DNA of 64,000 nucleotides, from positions 4,704,001 to 4,768,000 of the forward strand of contig CBDETK010000013.1 in the NCBI GenBank assembly GCA_965242865.1, in the 5' to 3' direction. Every line of letters starts with the position of its first letter. The stretch's first letter is position 1. Position numbers and translations under genes: made by a program. The notes beneath the pieces were generated by a model, which ran no database searches, had not been told where the DNA came from, and saw only the letters and a list, made by a program, of their open reading frames with translations. The stretch is from Candidatus Latescibacterota bacterium. Lineage in GTDB: Bacteria > Latescibacterota > UBA2968 > UBA8231. Below, in pieces: positions 8,843 through 17,543 of the stretch.

Positions 8843-10102
8843 ATGTCTCTGCCCCGCATGTTCCGCGTCCGCCAACTCTTTTCCGCGCCCACAGTCGAGG
8901 ACATCCCCGCGGCCGTGCGCACCGAGGTCCAGCGCCTCGACTTAGGTCCCAACGTCAACCCCGGCGAGACCATCGCCATCTCGGTCGGCAGCCGCGGCAT
9001 TGCCAACATCGCGCTGGTGATCAAAAGCCTCGTGGCCGAATTCAAGGCCCTCGGCCTCCAGCCCTTTCTCGTCCCGGCCATGGGCAGCCACGGCGGCGGC
9101 ATTGCCGAGGCGCAACAGGCCATTATCGAGGGCTACGGCGTCACCGAGGAATACACCGGCGCGCCCATTAAGGCGTCGATGGAAACCGTACAGGTGGGAG
9201 CGACCGAAGACGGCGTTCCCGTCTTTTTCGACCGCTACGCCTTTGAGGCAGACCACGTAGCCGTCGTCGGTCGCGTCAAGCCGCACACCGACTTTGTCGG
9301 CGAAATCGAGAGCGGCCTGCACAAGATGATGCTCATCGGCTTGGGCAAGCACAAAGGCGCGGCCCTGTACCACCAAGCCATTGTCCACTACAGCTTCGAC
9401 CGCATCGTCCGCTCGGTCGGCCAAACCGTCATCGACCAGTGCGGCGTGCTCATGGGGCTGGCCCTCGTCGAAAACCAGTACGACCAAACCGCGCTCATCC
9501 GGGGCGTGGGGGCCGACGAGTTCGTGGAGCGCGAAAAGGAATTGCTCGTCCTCGCCAAGCAATGGATGCCGCGCCTGCCCTTCGACGAAGTCGATCTGCT
9601 CATCGTCGATGCAATCGGCAAAAACATCTCCGGCGCTGGCATGGACACCAACGTCGTTGGCCGCAAGTTCCACGACAACCACGCGGCCGACAAGGAGTAC
9701 CCCAAAGTAACCCGCATCCTAGTCCGCAGCCTGACCGAGGAGACCCACGGCAACGCCTCGGGCATTGGCACGGCCGAATACGCGCACCAGCGCGCCGTCG
9801 AGCAGATGGACCGCGAGATTACGTACATCAACTGCATGACCGGCAATCACCCTTCGGGCGCCCACATTCCGCTCTACTTCGACACCGATCGCATCTGCAT
9901 TGAAAAGGCCCTAGAGACCATTGGCCTAGTCGAGCCTGAAAACGCCAAGGTCCTGCGCATCCACAACACCCTCGCGCTCGGCGAGTTGCTCGTCTCAGAA
10001 GCCTATCGCTCCGAACTCGAGCCGCGCGAGGACTTGGAAATCATCGCCGAGGCCGAAGAAATGACCTTCGACGCCAACGGCGACCTGCCGCTTACCTTCT
10101 AG
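8843..10102 (+). CDS. Lactate racemase (LarA-like)/DUF362 domain protein
   Basis: VGSRGIANI, PAMGSHGG, RVKPHTDF..ESGLHKM..IGLGK and GKNISGAGMD motifs; strong RBS AGGAGG. Confidence 0.75.
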   Translation: MSLPRMFRVRQLFSAPTVEDIPAAVRTEVQRLDLGPNVNPGETIAISVGSRGIANIALVIKSLVAEFKALGLQPFLVPAMGSHGGGIAEAQQAIIEGYGVTEEYTGAPIKASMETVQVGATEDGVPVFFDRYAFEADHVAVVGRVKPHTDFVGEIESGLHKMMLIGLGKHKGAALYHQAIVHYSFDRIVRSVGQTVIDQCGVLMGLALVENQYDQTALIRGVGADEFVEREKELLVLAKQWMPRLPFDEVDLLIVDAIGKNISGAGMDTNVVGRKFHDNHAADKEYPKVTRILVRSLTEETHGNASGIGTAEYAHQRAVEQMDREITYINCMTGNHPSGAHIPLYFDTDRICIEKALETIGLVEPENAKVLRIHNTLALGELLVSEAYRSELEPREDLEIIAEAEEMTFDANGDLPLTF

Positions 10103-10104
10103 CG

Positions 10105-10221
10105 ATAGCTGTCCTAAATGACTTGCAAGCATGGAATGTTCATCGACGCCGTCTTTTTTCTTAATGAAGCGTCATTCCCGCGAACGCGGGAATCCAGTCT
10201 TGAACGATGTAGGACTGCTAT
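10105..10221. mobile_element. MITE-like element enclosing a REP palindrome
   Basis: Terminal inverted repeats ATAGCTGTCCTAAAT / ATGTAGGACTGCTAT (13/15 match); internal GTCATTCCCGCGAACGCGGGAATCCAG at 10171-10197. Confidence 0.7.
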
Positions 10222-10224
10222 AGC

Positions 10225-11130
10225 ATGACCCAAAAATCGCGCGGCGTGTCCCCCATTTTCTTGGACGAGCCGCCGCGTTCAGCGCCCCCCGGCTATACGC
10301 GCCGTCGCATCGTATTCGGCTGGTACGGCGGGAAGTTCTCGCACCTCGACTGGCTGCTGCCCCGGCTGCCGACGTGTCATCACTACTGCGAGCCGTTTGC
10401 CGGTTCTGGGGCCGTGCTCATCAACCGCGCACCCGCGCCGGTCGAGACCTATAACGATCTCGACGGCGAGGTAGTGAACTTCTTTCGGGTGCTGCGCGAC
10501 CAGCACCAAGCCCTGATCCGCGCCATCGCCCTGACGCCGTTTTCACGCGAAGAATACTACTACGCCATCTACGGCGGCACAGAGGACGTCACCGACCTAG
10601 AACGCGCCCGACGGTTTTACATCCGGGCGCGGCAGACCCGCACCGGGCTAGCGCAAACGGCCTCCCTCGGCCGGTGGGCCAACTGCAAGAATACGAGCCG
10701 CGCTGGCATGTCGGGCGTGGTCTCGCGCTGGTTGGGAGGCGTAGATGCGCTCGCCGAGATTGCCCAGCGTCTGCTCCGCGTTCAGATTGAAAACCGACCC
10801 GCGGTCGATGTGATTCAACTCTACGACAGCCCCAAAACCCTGTTCTACTGCGACCCGCCCTACCTACACGCCACCCGGGGCGACGCCAAAGCGTACGGCT
10901 TTGAAATGGACGAGGACGAGCACCGCACGTTGGCGGAAGCCGTCAATACGTGCGCGGGCAAGGTGGCCGTGTCCGGCTACGCTCATCCCTTAATGGACGA
11001 GCTATTCCCTCCCAACCGCTGGTTCAAGACAGAAGGACCAGATAAGACCATCCATTCCACCAAGGGCAGCCGACGAGAAGTGCTGTGGACCAACTACGAG
11101 CCGACAGTAGCGGCTGAAAGCGACGAGTGA
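10225..11130 (+). CDS. DNA adenine methyltransferase (Dam/D12 class)
   Basis: WYGGK, EPFAGSGAV, YNDLD and FYCDPPY motifs; C-terminal EVLWTNY. Confidence 0.92.
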   Translation: MTQKSRGVSPIFLDEPPRSAPPGYTRRRIVFGWYGGKFSHLDWLLPRLPTCHHYCEPFAGSGAVLINRAPAPVETYNDLDGEVVNFFRVLRDQHQALIRAIALTPFSREEYYYAIYGGTEDVTDLERARRFYIRARQTRTGLAQTASLGRWANCKNTSRAGMSGVVSRWLGGVDALAEIAQRLLRVQIENRPAVDVIQLYDSPKTLFYCDPPYLHATRGDAKAYGFEMDEDEHRTLAEAVNTCAGKVAVSGYAHPLMDELFPPNRWFKTEGPDKTIHSTKGSRREVLWTNYEPTVAAESDE

Positions 11131-11146
11131 GCCGCTAGGACCTATC

Positions 11147-11486
11147 ATGCGCTTCTTTTGCACCGCCGGCCCTGTCCGCAGCCAAAATCACTACTGTTTG
11201 CCGCCGCTGACGCGCTTGGCACTCAGCGAGGTGTTGGCGCTTATAGATCAACAGCAGTACTTCGTGCTACACGCGCCGCGGCAGACCGGAAAGACTACTT
11301 GCCTGCTCGCCCTGACGGAACATCTCAATCGCGCCGGAAAGTACCACGCGCTCTATGGATCTATGCGCGACCGACGAAGGACATTTGCTCATTTTTGACC
11401 GCGACGCGAACAAGACGTGGTCGGAGAAAGTATTCCGGCGCACCCAACCCTGTCGCGGTGCCATCATAACCATCTGGGGAATGTGA
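11147..11486 (+). pseudogene. Internally deleted AAA-like ATPase
   Basis: N-terminus MRFFCTAGPV...HAPRQTGKTT (Walker A) is joined out of frame at about 11355 to the family's typical C-terminus MDLCATDEGHLLIFDRDANKTWSEKVF...ITIWGM*. Confidence 0.8.
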
Positions 11487-11530
11487 AACTAATAGTTCGT
11501 TTAATTCCCTGTCGATGTGCCGAGCACCAC

Positions 11531-13435
11531 TCACCCGTGAAAATAAGCGTGTCCCTCGCCCATAAACCAGCCGATATCCACCAAATACGACAACCCAATC
11601 CCCAAGAAGTACCCAGCGATCAACCCCATAAAAAACGGCCGCGCCTGCCGGTACGCGGCCAAGCCCCCATAGCGCATAATCGCGCTCTTGGCCACCCACG
11701 CCAGCAAGACCGAAAACGCGATGAGGCGGGTCATCCACAGCGGGGCGACCGCAATGCCCACCGGATGCAGCGGCCACCAGTGGAAGCGATACTGGAGGAA
11801 GGCCAAAATTGAATAGACCCCCATGCCGATGCCAAAGTAGGACAGCTTGTTCCAGTCGGTCGGCCAAGGATCGTTGAAGTGCCGGATCACCCCGTTGTAC
11901 GCCATGCCGCCCGCACCACCGCCGGCGATAAAATACCAAGAGCCGAAATTGCCCGCGCCGTATTGGTAGCACAGCGAGAGGACGAAGTACAGACACGTGG
12001 TAAAGCCCACGACAGCGGCCAAGCCCAGTGCCCAAGCCATTGACCGGCGCACCCGGTACAGCTCGCCGAGCCGCGCGCCGTGCGCCGCGGCCGGCATAAA
12101 GAGCGATTGCACATCCCCGAACCAAGTGTAGGAAATCCCCAGCGCGACCAAATTGTGCCCGCCGATTCCGGTGCCGGTTATGGCCAGCGCAAAAGCCTGA
12201 GCACCCACGGGCGGCGTCAAAAAATAGACCCCGGCCTGCACCACCAGCCGCGTGATGCCGTAGTAGGCGACCAACACGCCAAACACAAAGAGCGCGGCGA
12301 TGTGGAGATCCATCCCAGACCGCCACAGCCAGCCGAGGATGTAAGCCAACGCGGCCATGAAGCCGCAAACCGCCGTGCGATAGGAAACCATTTCCCCGCG
12401 GTCGTCTATAGTCGGCCGGCCCCACAGCGCTTGGCGCACGACCGCCCGCAAATGGCCCCGCGCCATCCACAAGCTCCACAACACCATCGCCGTAAATCCG
12501 CCCCAAGCCTGCCAAGAAAGCGACTGCATCCCCCAGACAAAGGCGTCGGGCCGGGTCACATCGTAGCCGATGCGGTTGGTAATGCCCTCTTGCAAGACGG
12601 CTACCAAGTAAAAGAACACGATGCTGAACGAGACGCTGGTGCTGACCAAGTACATAAACCCGATCACCGGGAAGTAGAGCATGAAACTGATGGTGGGAAA
12701 TTCCCGGCTCAGTTGCAGGTTGACGGCGTGGTTGAAGTTGATTTTGGGAAAGCCGAGGTAGAACGAGCCAATGATGTTGAAGAGGATCATGCCGAGTGGA
12801 ATGGCCGCGCCGATCCAAAACCCCTTGCAGCGCACCATCGCCCGCCCGCCGTCGTCGATCAGCAGGCGCGGCATCTCCATCAGGGGAAAGACTAAGCGCT
12901 CGTTTTCGACCCACTGGCGGCGAAAGATCACCACCAAGCAGAAGCAGGCAAAGTACAAGGCTAGGATCAGGCTCAACAGCCAAAACAGCGGCCCGATCCA
13001 GACCTCCAACGGCAGGGCTTGGCCTTGGGGCAGCCCTTCGTAAAACCAGCGTATGGCGTCGCCGTCATCGCGCGGCACAACCCAATCGGGCAGGTAGGGA
13101 TGAATGTTGCCGGCCCAATCGTTTTCCGGGGTGGCACCGTAGTAGGGCGACGAAATGATCGCCAGCAAGGTGCCGACGATAAAGGTCGGAATCCCGGTCG
13201 CGGCCAAGCCCATGATCACCAGGGTCGCCAGCTCGGCCGGCCGCAACGCCCACGCCGGCCGCAGCCAGCGCACCAGCGCATTGGCCAGCAGAATCACCAC
13301 AAAGCAAAAGCCGGCGCTCGTGGGAAAGTACGACCAAGTAATCTCCGAAGAGCGCACCATCCAAATCGAATAGGGCGCGCCCGTCACAATGGCCATCACG
13401 ACCCCAATCCCCAGCACGGCCGAGCGCAACGTCAC
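11531..13435 (-). CDS. Polytopic membrane protein, DUF6785/DUF6784-like putative peptide transporter
   Basis: Many hydrophobic helices; RRQWVENERLVFPL, WWPLHPVG and RYGG...PFFMGLIAG motifs. Confidence 0.75.
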   Translation of the reverse strand: MTLRSAVLGIGVVMAIVTGAPYSIWMVRSSEITWSYFPTSAGFCFVVILLANALVRWLRPAWALRPAELATLVIMGLAATGIPTFIVGTLLAIISSPYYGATPENDWAGNIHPYLPDWVVPRDDGDAIRWFYEGLPQGQALPLEVWIGPLFWLLSLILALYFACFCLVVIFRRQWVENERLVFPLMEMPRLLIDDGGRAMVRCKGFWIGAAIPLGMILFNIIGSFYLGFPKINFNHAVNLQLSREFPTISFMLYFPVIGFMYLVSTSVSFSIVFFYLVAVLQEGITNRIGYDVTRPDAFVWGMQSLSWQAWGGFTAMVLWSLWMARGHLRAVVRQALWGRPTIDDRGEMVSYRTAVCGFMAALAYILGWLWRSGMDLHIAALFVFGVLVAYYGITRLVVQAGVYFLTPPVGAQAFALAITGTGIGGHNLVALGISYTWFGDVQSLFMPAAAHGARLGELYRVRRSMAWALGLAAVVGFTTCLYFVLSLCYQYGAGNFGSWYFIAGGGAGGMAYNGVIRHFNDPWPTDWNKLSYFGIGMGVYSILAFLQYRFHWWPLHPVGIAVAPLWMTRLIAFSVLLAWVAKSAIMRYGGLAAYRQARPFFMGLIAGYFLGIGLSYLVDIGWFMGEGHAYFHG

Positions 13436-13501
13436 GGTTTATCGCTCCTGTGCAAATCGTTCATTTTTTTATTTATATTTATTAACGCAAACGCACTGAC
13501 T

Positions 13502-14671
13502 ATGTACAACAACCGCCTCTTGCCCCTCATCCTCGTCCTGCTGCTGACGGCCTGCTCCACGAGCACCGGCCCGGCTAGTCCCCCAGCCCGCTGTGCGGAC
13601 GCGCCCGGCACCATCTGCACTTGGGCCGGTACGGGCGAAGCCGGCTTCAATGGCGACGGTCAGCCGCGGCTGGCCTCCACCTTGTACTGGCCCGTCGATA
13701 TAACCTTTGCTCCCTCGGGTCAGACTTACCTCCTCGACTGGAACAACCACCGCGTGCGCCGCGTGACCGAGGAGGGCACCCTCGTCACCGTCATCGGCAC
13801 GGACTTCGTCGGCGATGGCCCCTACGATGAATCCGACCGAGTGCCCCCGGGCGCGCCCGGCACCGAAGTCCACCTCAACCACCCGACCCACCTCCTACCG
13901 CTGGCCGACGGTACGCTGCTGCTGACGGCTTGGCACAACCACAAGCTGCGCCTCTACGACCCGCAGACCGGGCTCGTCCAAGTGATATGCGGCGCGGGGC
14001 CGGGGTTTGCCGGCGACGGCGGACCGGCCCGCGACGCGCTCTTGAGCCAGCCGCCGCAGACGGTCCTAGGCCCCGACGGCGGGCTGTACATCCTCGACCA
14101 GCGCAATCAACGGGTGCGTACAATAGACCGCGACGGCATTATCACGACCGTCGTCGGCACGGGCGAGGCCGGGTTTGCCGGCGATGGCGGCCGCCCGCTC
14201 CACGCCGAGTTGCAGTTCCCGGCCGGGTCCAACCCGCCGCCGGCCGGGAGCTTGGCCTTTGACGCGCAGGGCCGGCTTTACATCGCCGACGCCCTCAACC
14301 ACCGCATCCGCCGCGTTGACTTTGCCCGCGACCAAATCGAAACGGTGGCCGGCACGGGCGCGGCGGATTTTTTCGGCGACGGCGGCCCGGCCCGCAGCGC
14401 GGCTTTGAACAACCCGCGCGACTTGGCTTTTGGCCCGGATGGCCGGCTTTACATCGCCGACGAATTCAACCACCGCGTCCGCGCCCTGGAGTTGGCGACC
14501 GGCATCATTGAGACGGTGGTCGGCAGCGGCGAGCAGGGCTTTTCCGGCGATGGCGGCCCGGCCCTCGCCGCAGCCCTCAACCGACCGGCCGGACTCGATT
14601 TCGACCCCGAGGGGCGGCTCTATATTGCGGACGCATACAATCACCGCATCCGCCGCGTCGTCTTGCCATGA
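13502..14671 (+). CDS. NHL-repeat beta-propeller lipoprotein
   Basis: Lipobox LTAC; repeated GFxGDGGPA...LYIADxxNHRIR. Confidence 0.88.
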   Translation: MYNNRLLPLILVLLLTACSTSTGPASPPARCADAPGTICTWAGTGEAGFNGDGQPRLASTLYWPVDITFAPSGQTYLLDWNNHRVRRVTEEGTLVTVIGTDFVGDGPYDESDRVPPGAPGTEVHLNHPTHLLPLADGTLLLTAWHNHKLRLYDPQTGLVQVICGAGPGFAGDGGPARDALLSQPPQTVLGPDGGLYILDQRNQRVRTIDRDGIITTVVGTGEAGFAGDGGRPLHAELQFPAGSNPPPAGSLAFDAQGRLYIADALNHRIRRVDFARDQIETVAGTGAADFFGDGGPARSAALNNPRDLAFGPDGRLYIADEFNHRVRALELATGIIETVVGSGEQGFSGDGGPALAAALNRPAGLDFDPEGRLYIADAYNHRIRRVVLP

Positions 14672-15789
14672 TTTACGCTGCGTTCTTGCTCATCGCCCTG
14701 TTGGCCTGCGGGGAAACGCCCACCGGCCCGAGCGGCCCCTACGGACGCATCGAACCCTTTGCCGGCACCGGCGACGCTGGCAAAGGCCCGGAAGAAGCGA
14801 CCCGGCGGCAAGCGCACTTCTACCTGCCGCAAGACCTGACCTACGGCCCCGACGGGCGGCTCTACATCCTCGACTGGAACAACCACCGCGTCCGCGTGGT
14901 CGCCGAGGGGCGCGTCACCACCTTGATCGGCACCGGCGAACTCGGCGACGCCCCGGCCGGCCGGGCGCGTGAAATTGGCCTCAACCACCCGACGCACATC
15001 TCCTTTGACCCGCTCGGCCGCCTGATCCTCTCGGCTTGGCACAATTCGCTCATCCTGCGCTACGACTTTGCCACCGACTACGTCGAGCCGATCTGCGGCA
15101 CGGGCGAGCGTTCCTACGGCGGCGACGGCGGCCCGGCCGCTCGGGCGCAGGTCAACTTGCCGAGCGCGACCGCCTTTGACCCGCTCGGCCGCCTGTACAT
15201 CTCCGATCAGGAAAACCAGCGCGTCCGCATGATCGACCTCGACGGCACGATCTCCACGGTCGTCGGCACGGGCGAGGCCGGGTTTGCCGGCGACGGCGGC
15301 CCGGCCACCGCGGCCCGGATCTGGGCGCCCGTGAGCCAAGCCGCACCGCCCACCAGCCGCATCGCCATCGACGATTTGGGGCACCTCTACCTCGCCGATA
15401 CCTTCAACAACCGCATCCGCAAGGTCGATGCCGCGACCGGCATCATCACCACCATTGCCGGCAACGGGGACAACCGCCCGGCGTCGAGCAGCGAAGAAGA
15501 CGGGGCCGACGCGCTGGCGGCTTTTCTGTACTGGCCCTGCGACGTGGCCATTGACTCGGCGGGCCGCGTGTTCGTGGCCGACACCTTTAACCACTGCGTG
15601 CGCCGCATTGAACTCGACGGCACGATCGCTACGGTGGCCGGTCAGTGCGGCAAATCCGGCGACCGCGGCGACGGCGGCCCGCCCCAGTCCGCCCTGCTCA
15701 ACCGCCCCTACGGCATTGAACTCGACCCGGACGACAACCTCTACATCGCCGATACGCGCAATCACCGCATCCGCCTAGTGCGAAAGTGA
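14668..15789 (+). CDS. NHL-repeat beta-propeller lipoprotein (tandem paralog)
   Basis: ATGA overlap with the upstream gene, lipobox LLAC, the same NHL repeats and a shared LDWNNHRVR. Confidence 0.88.
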   Translation: MIYAAFLLIALLACGETPTGPSGPYGRIEPFAGTGDAGKGPEEATRRQAHFYLPQDLTYGPDGRLYILDWNNHRVRVVAEGRVTTLIGTGELGDAPAGRAREIGLNHPTHISFDPLGRLILSAWHNSLILRYDFATDYVEPICGTGERSYGGDGGPAARAQVNLPSATAFDPLGRLYISDQENQRVRMIDLDGTISTVVGTGEAGFAGDGGPATAARIWAPVSQAAPPTSRIAIDDLGHLYLADTFNNRIRKVDAATGIITTIAGNGDNRPASSSEEDGADALAAFLYWPCDVAIDSAGRVFVADTFNHCVRRIELDGTIATVAGQCGKSGDRGDGGPPQSALLNRPYGIELDPDDNLYIADTRNHRIRLVRK

Positions 15790-15922
15790 GAAGCGGTCTG
15801 AAAACCACCTTGAGGCGTGTTGAACAGGCAGTAAGACGGTCGCTGTCCTTCCCGCGAAAGCGGGAATCCAGCCGATAGCGTTTAGACGCAAGGGACTATC
15901 TCCAGAGTGTTCAGACAGCCTC
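15790..15922. mobile_element. MITE (IS5-like ends) enclosing a REP palindrome
   Basis: Terminal inverted repeats GAAGCGGTCTGAA / TTCAGACAGCCTC, flanked by a TGA duplication (15787-89 and 15923-25); REP at 15845-15871. Confidence 0.75.
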
Positions 15923-15941
15923 TGAAATTAGGGGCTGACCG

Positions 15942-16730
15942 CTAATCGCCCAGATTGCCCTCAACGATGGCCGCCCCGGCAAACCCCTCCGCGGCCAGCC
16001 GCTCGGCAAACGCCTGCACCGCAGCTTGGGGCAGGCGTGCGTTGTTGCTGATGATCAAATCGGCCCCCACGTAGCGGACGCCGCGCAACCCAGCGAGGCT
16101 TTGCAACGCGCCGTTGCCGCTGACTTCCAAAAAATCCCGCACCCGCGCTAGGTAGTGCAGGCCCTCTAGGCTTTGCAGCGCGTCGTTGAACCAGATATCT
16201 ACGCTGCCTTCGATCGCCACCAAGTGCGACAGGTCCGTCAGCGACGTCAGTGCCTCATTGCGGACGAGCGCCAAGCCCCCGCGGACAAAAGCCAAGTTCT
16301 CCAGCCCTTGGAGCGAGCGCAGGGCCTTGTTTTCAAAGATCAACAGCCCTTCCACCACGTGCGCGGCTTTCCCGGCTGCGACCGCCGGCACCGGGCCGAG
16401 CCCCGCCCCGACGCTTTCGAGCCCTTCCAGCCCGGCGAGGCTTTCCAAGCGGTCGTTATACCAAATCTCAACGCTGCCCTCGACGCGCCGCAGCCCTTCC
16501 AAGCCCGTCAGCGTGGCCAAGTTGGTCCCGGCGATCTGCAAGTCGCCGTCAATTATATACGCAGCCCCTCCTCTTGCTTGAAGGGCCGCTATATCGGCCA
16601 GCGATTCGATGACCACGCCCTCTGTTAAGGTGACCGTGACCGGCACTACGGGGTCTTTGCCGCAGCCGACCAGCGCGACGAGCACCGGCCCGATCGCCCG
16701 CTCAAAAATCCCGCGCACACCGGAATCCAA
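15942..16730 (-). CDS. Receptor L-domain/leucine-rich solenoid lipoprotein
   Basis: Lipobox LVGC; repeats LxSLxGLxxLxxVxGxLxIxxN. Confidence 0.8.
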   Translation of the reverse strand: MDSGVRGIFERAIGPVLVALVGCGKDPVVPVTVTLTEGVVIESLADIAALQARGGAAYIIDGDLQIAGTNLATLTGLEGLRRVEGSVEIWYNDRLESLAGLEGLESVGAGLGPVPAVAAGKAAHVVEGLLIFENKALRSLQGLENLAFVRGGLALVRNEALTSLTDLSHLVAIEGSVDIWFNDALQSLEGLHYLARVRDFLEVSGNGALQSLAGLRGVRYVGADLIISNNARLPQAAVQAFAERLAAEGFAGAAIVEGNLGD

Positions 16731-17532
16731 TATCTATATCGGTCCGCAGCGGGCGATAGGCTTGCCGATTCGCGGCCGGCAGGGCCTCCTTCTCAAACCA
16801 CCACGACCCACCCCGCAGCACCCCAAACTCGCCGCGCACCGGCCCCGGCGGATTGTCGCGGGGACTCTCGGCATAGTACGCGTCCCCGTACCAATCGGCG
16901 ACCCACTCCCACACATTGCCCGCCATGTCGTAGGCCCCGTACGGGGACGCGCCGGCCGGTCGGCTGCCCACCGGCTCGGTCGCGCCGGCGATAAAGCGGA
17001 AATTGGCTTCGTCGCCTACGAGCTCGTAGCCCCAAGGATACGGGCGTCTGTCGGTTCCGCGCGCGGCCTTTTCCCACTCGGCCTCGGTCGGCAGCCGCAG
17101 GCCAGCCCACGCGCAATAGTCGAGCGCGTTTGGGCGGTTTACGCAGTTGATGGGATGGGTGTCGTCGGCAAAGCCGTCGTAGTTGCAGCGCGGGGCGTAG
17201 GCCGGCTCTTCGCAGGCCGCGGCCTCCACGCAGCGCCGGTACTGCCCGACGGTGACCTCGAACTGATCGATGTAGTACGCGGAAAGGAAAACCGGGTGCG
17301 GCGGCGCTTCGTCCGGGTCGCCCGCGTCCCACCCCATCACGAAGACGCCCTCGGGCACGAGGACCATGGCGCGATCAATTTGGCGGACCGCGGGCGGCAC
17401 GGGGGAACTTTCACTGGGTGGGGCCGCGCCCGCTGGAGGGGGTGCGACCACGCGGTCTCCGCTCGTTTGCCCTGAGTCCTTGGGGCTGCAACCCAGCGCC
17501 CACAAGGCCATGCACACCAGTGCGCGACGCAA
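16702..17532 (-). CDS. FGE-sulfatase (SUMF1-like, C-type-lectin fold) lipoprotein
   Basis: TTG start after GAGGAG; ALGC lipobox; RLPTEAEWEKAARG, DMAGNVWEW, RGGSW and GFRCA motifs. Confidence 0.88.
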   Translation of the reverse strand: MRRALVCMALWALGCSPKDSGQTSGDRVVAPPPAGAAPPSESSPVPPAVRQIDRAMVLVPEGVFVMGWDAGDPDEAPPHPVFLSAYYIDQFEVTVGQYRRCVEAAACEEPAYAPRCNYDGFADDTHPINCVNRPNALDYCAWAGLRLPTEAEWEKAARGTDRRPYPWGYELVGDEANFRFIAGATEPVGSRPAGASPYGAYDMAGNVWEWVADWYGDAYYAESPRDNPPGPVRGEFGVLRGGSWWFEKEALPAANRQAYRPLRTDIDIGFRCARDF

Positions 17533-17543
17533 CGGGCAGCTCC

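Noticed and set aside
10225-11130. Complete restriction-modification system or prophage
   Set aside because: No endonuclease, integrase or phage structural genes nearby.
11361-12983. 540-aa minus-strand ORF and many other long Arg/Gly/Pro-rich ORFs in the track
   Set aside because: Alternative-frame or antisense shadows of well-supported genes in GC-rich DNA.
13019-13501. Long N-terminal extensions of track ORFs (also 52886-54214, 21205-22155, 41603-41752)
   Set aside because: They overlap neighbouring genes or repeats; better starts with RBS or signal peptides lie downstream.
16702-16830. FGE/CLec C-terminus as a DGR variable region, or the protein as a catalytic FGE
   Set aside because: No template repeat or RT is visible in the window, and the catalytic Cys pair after RGGS is absent.
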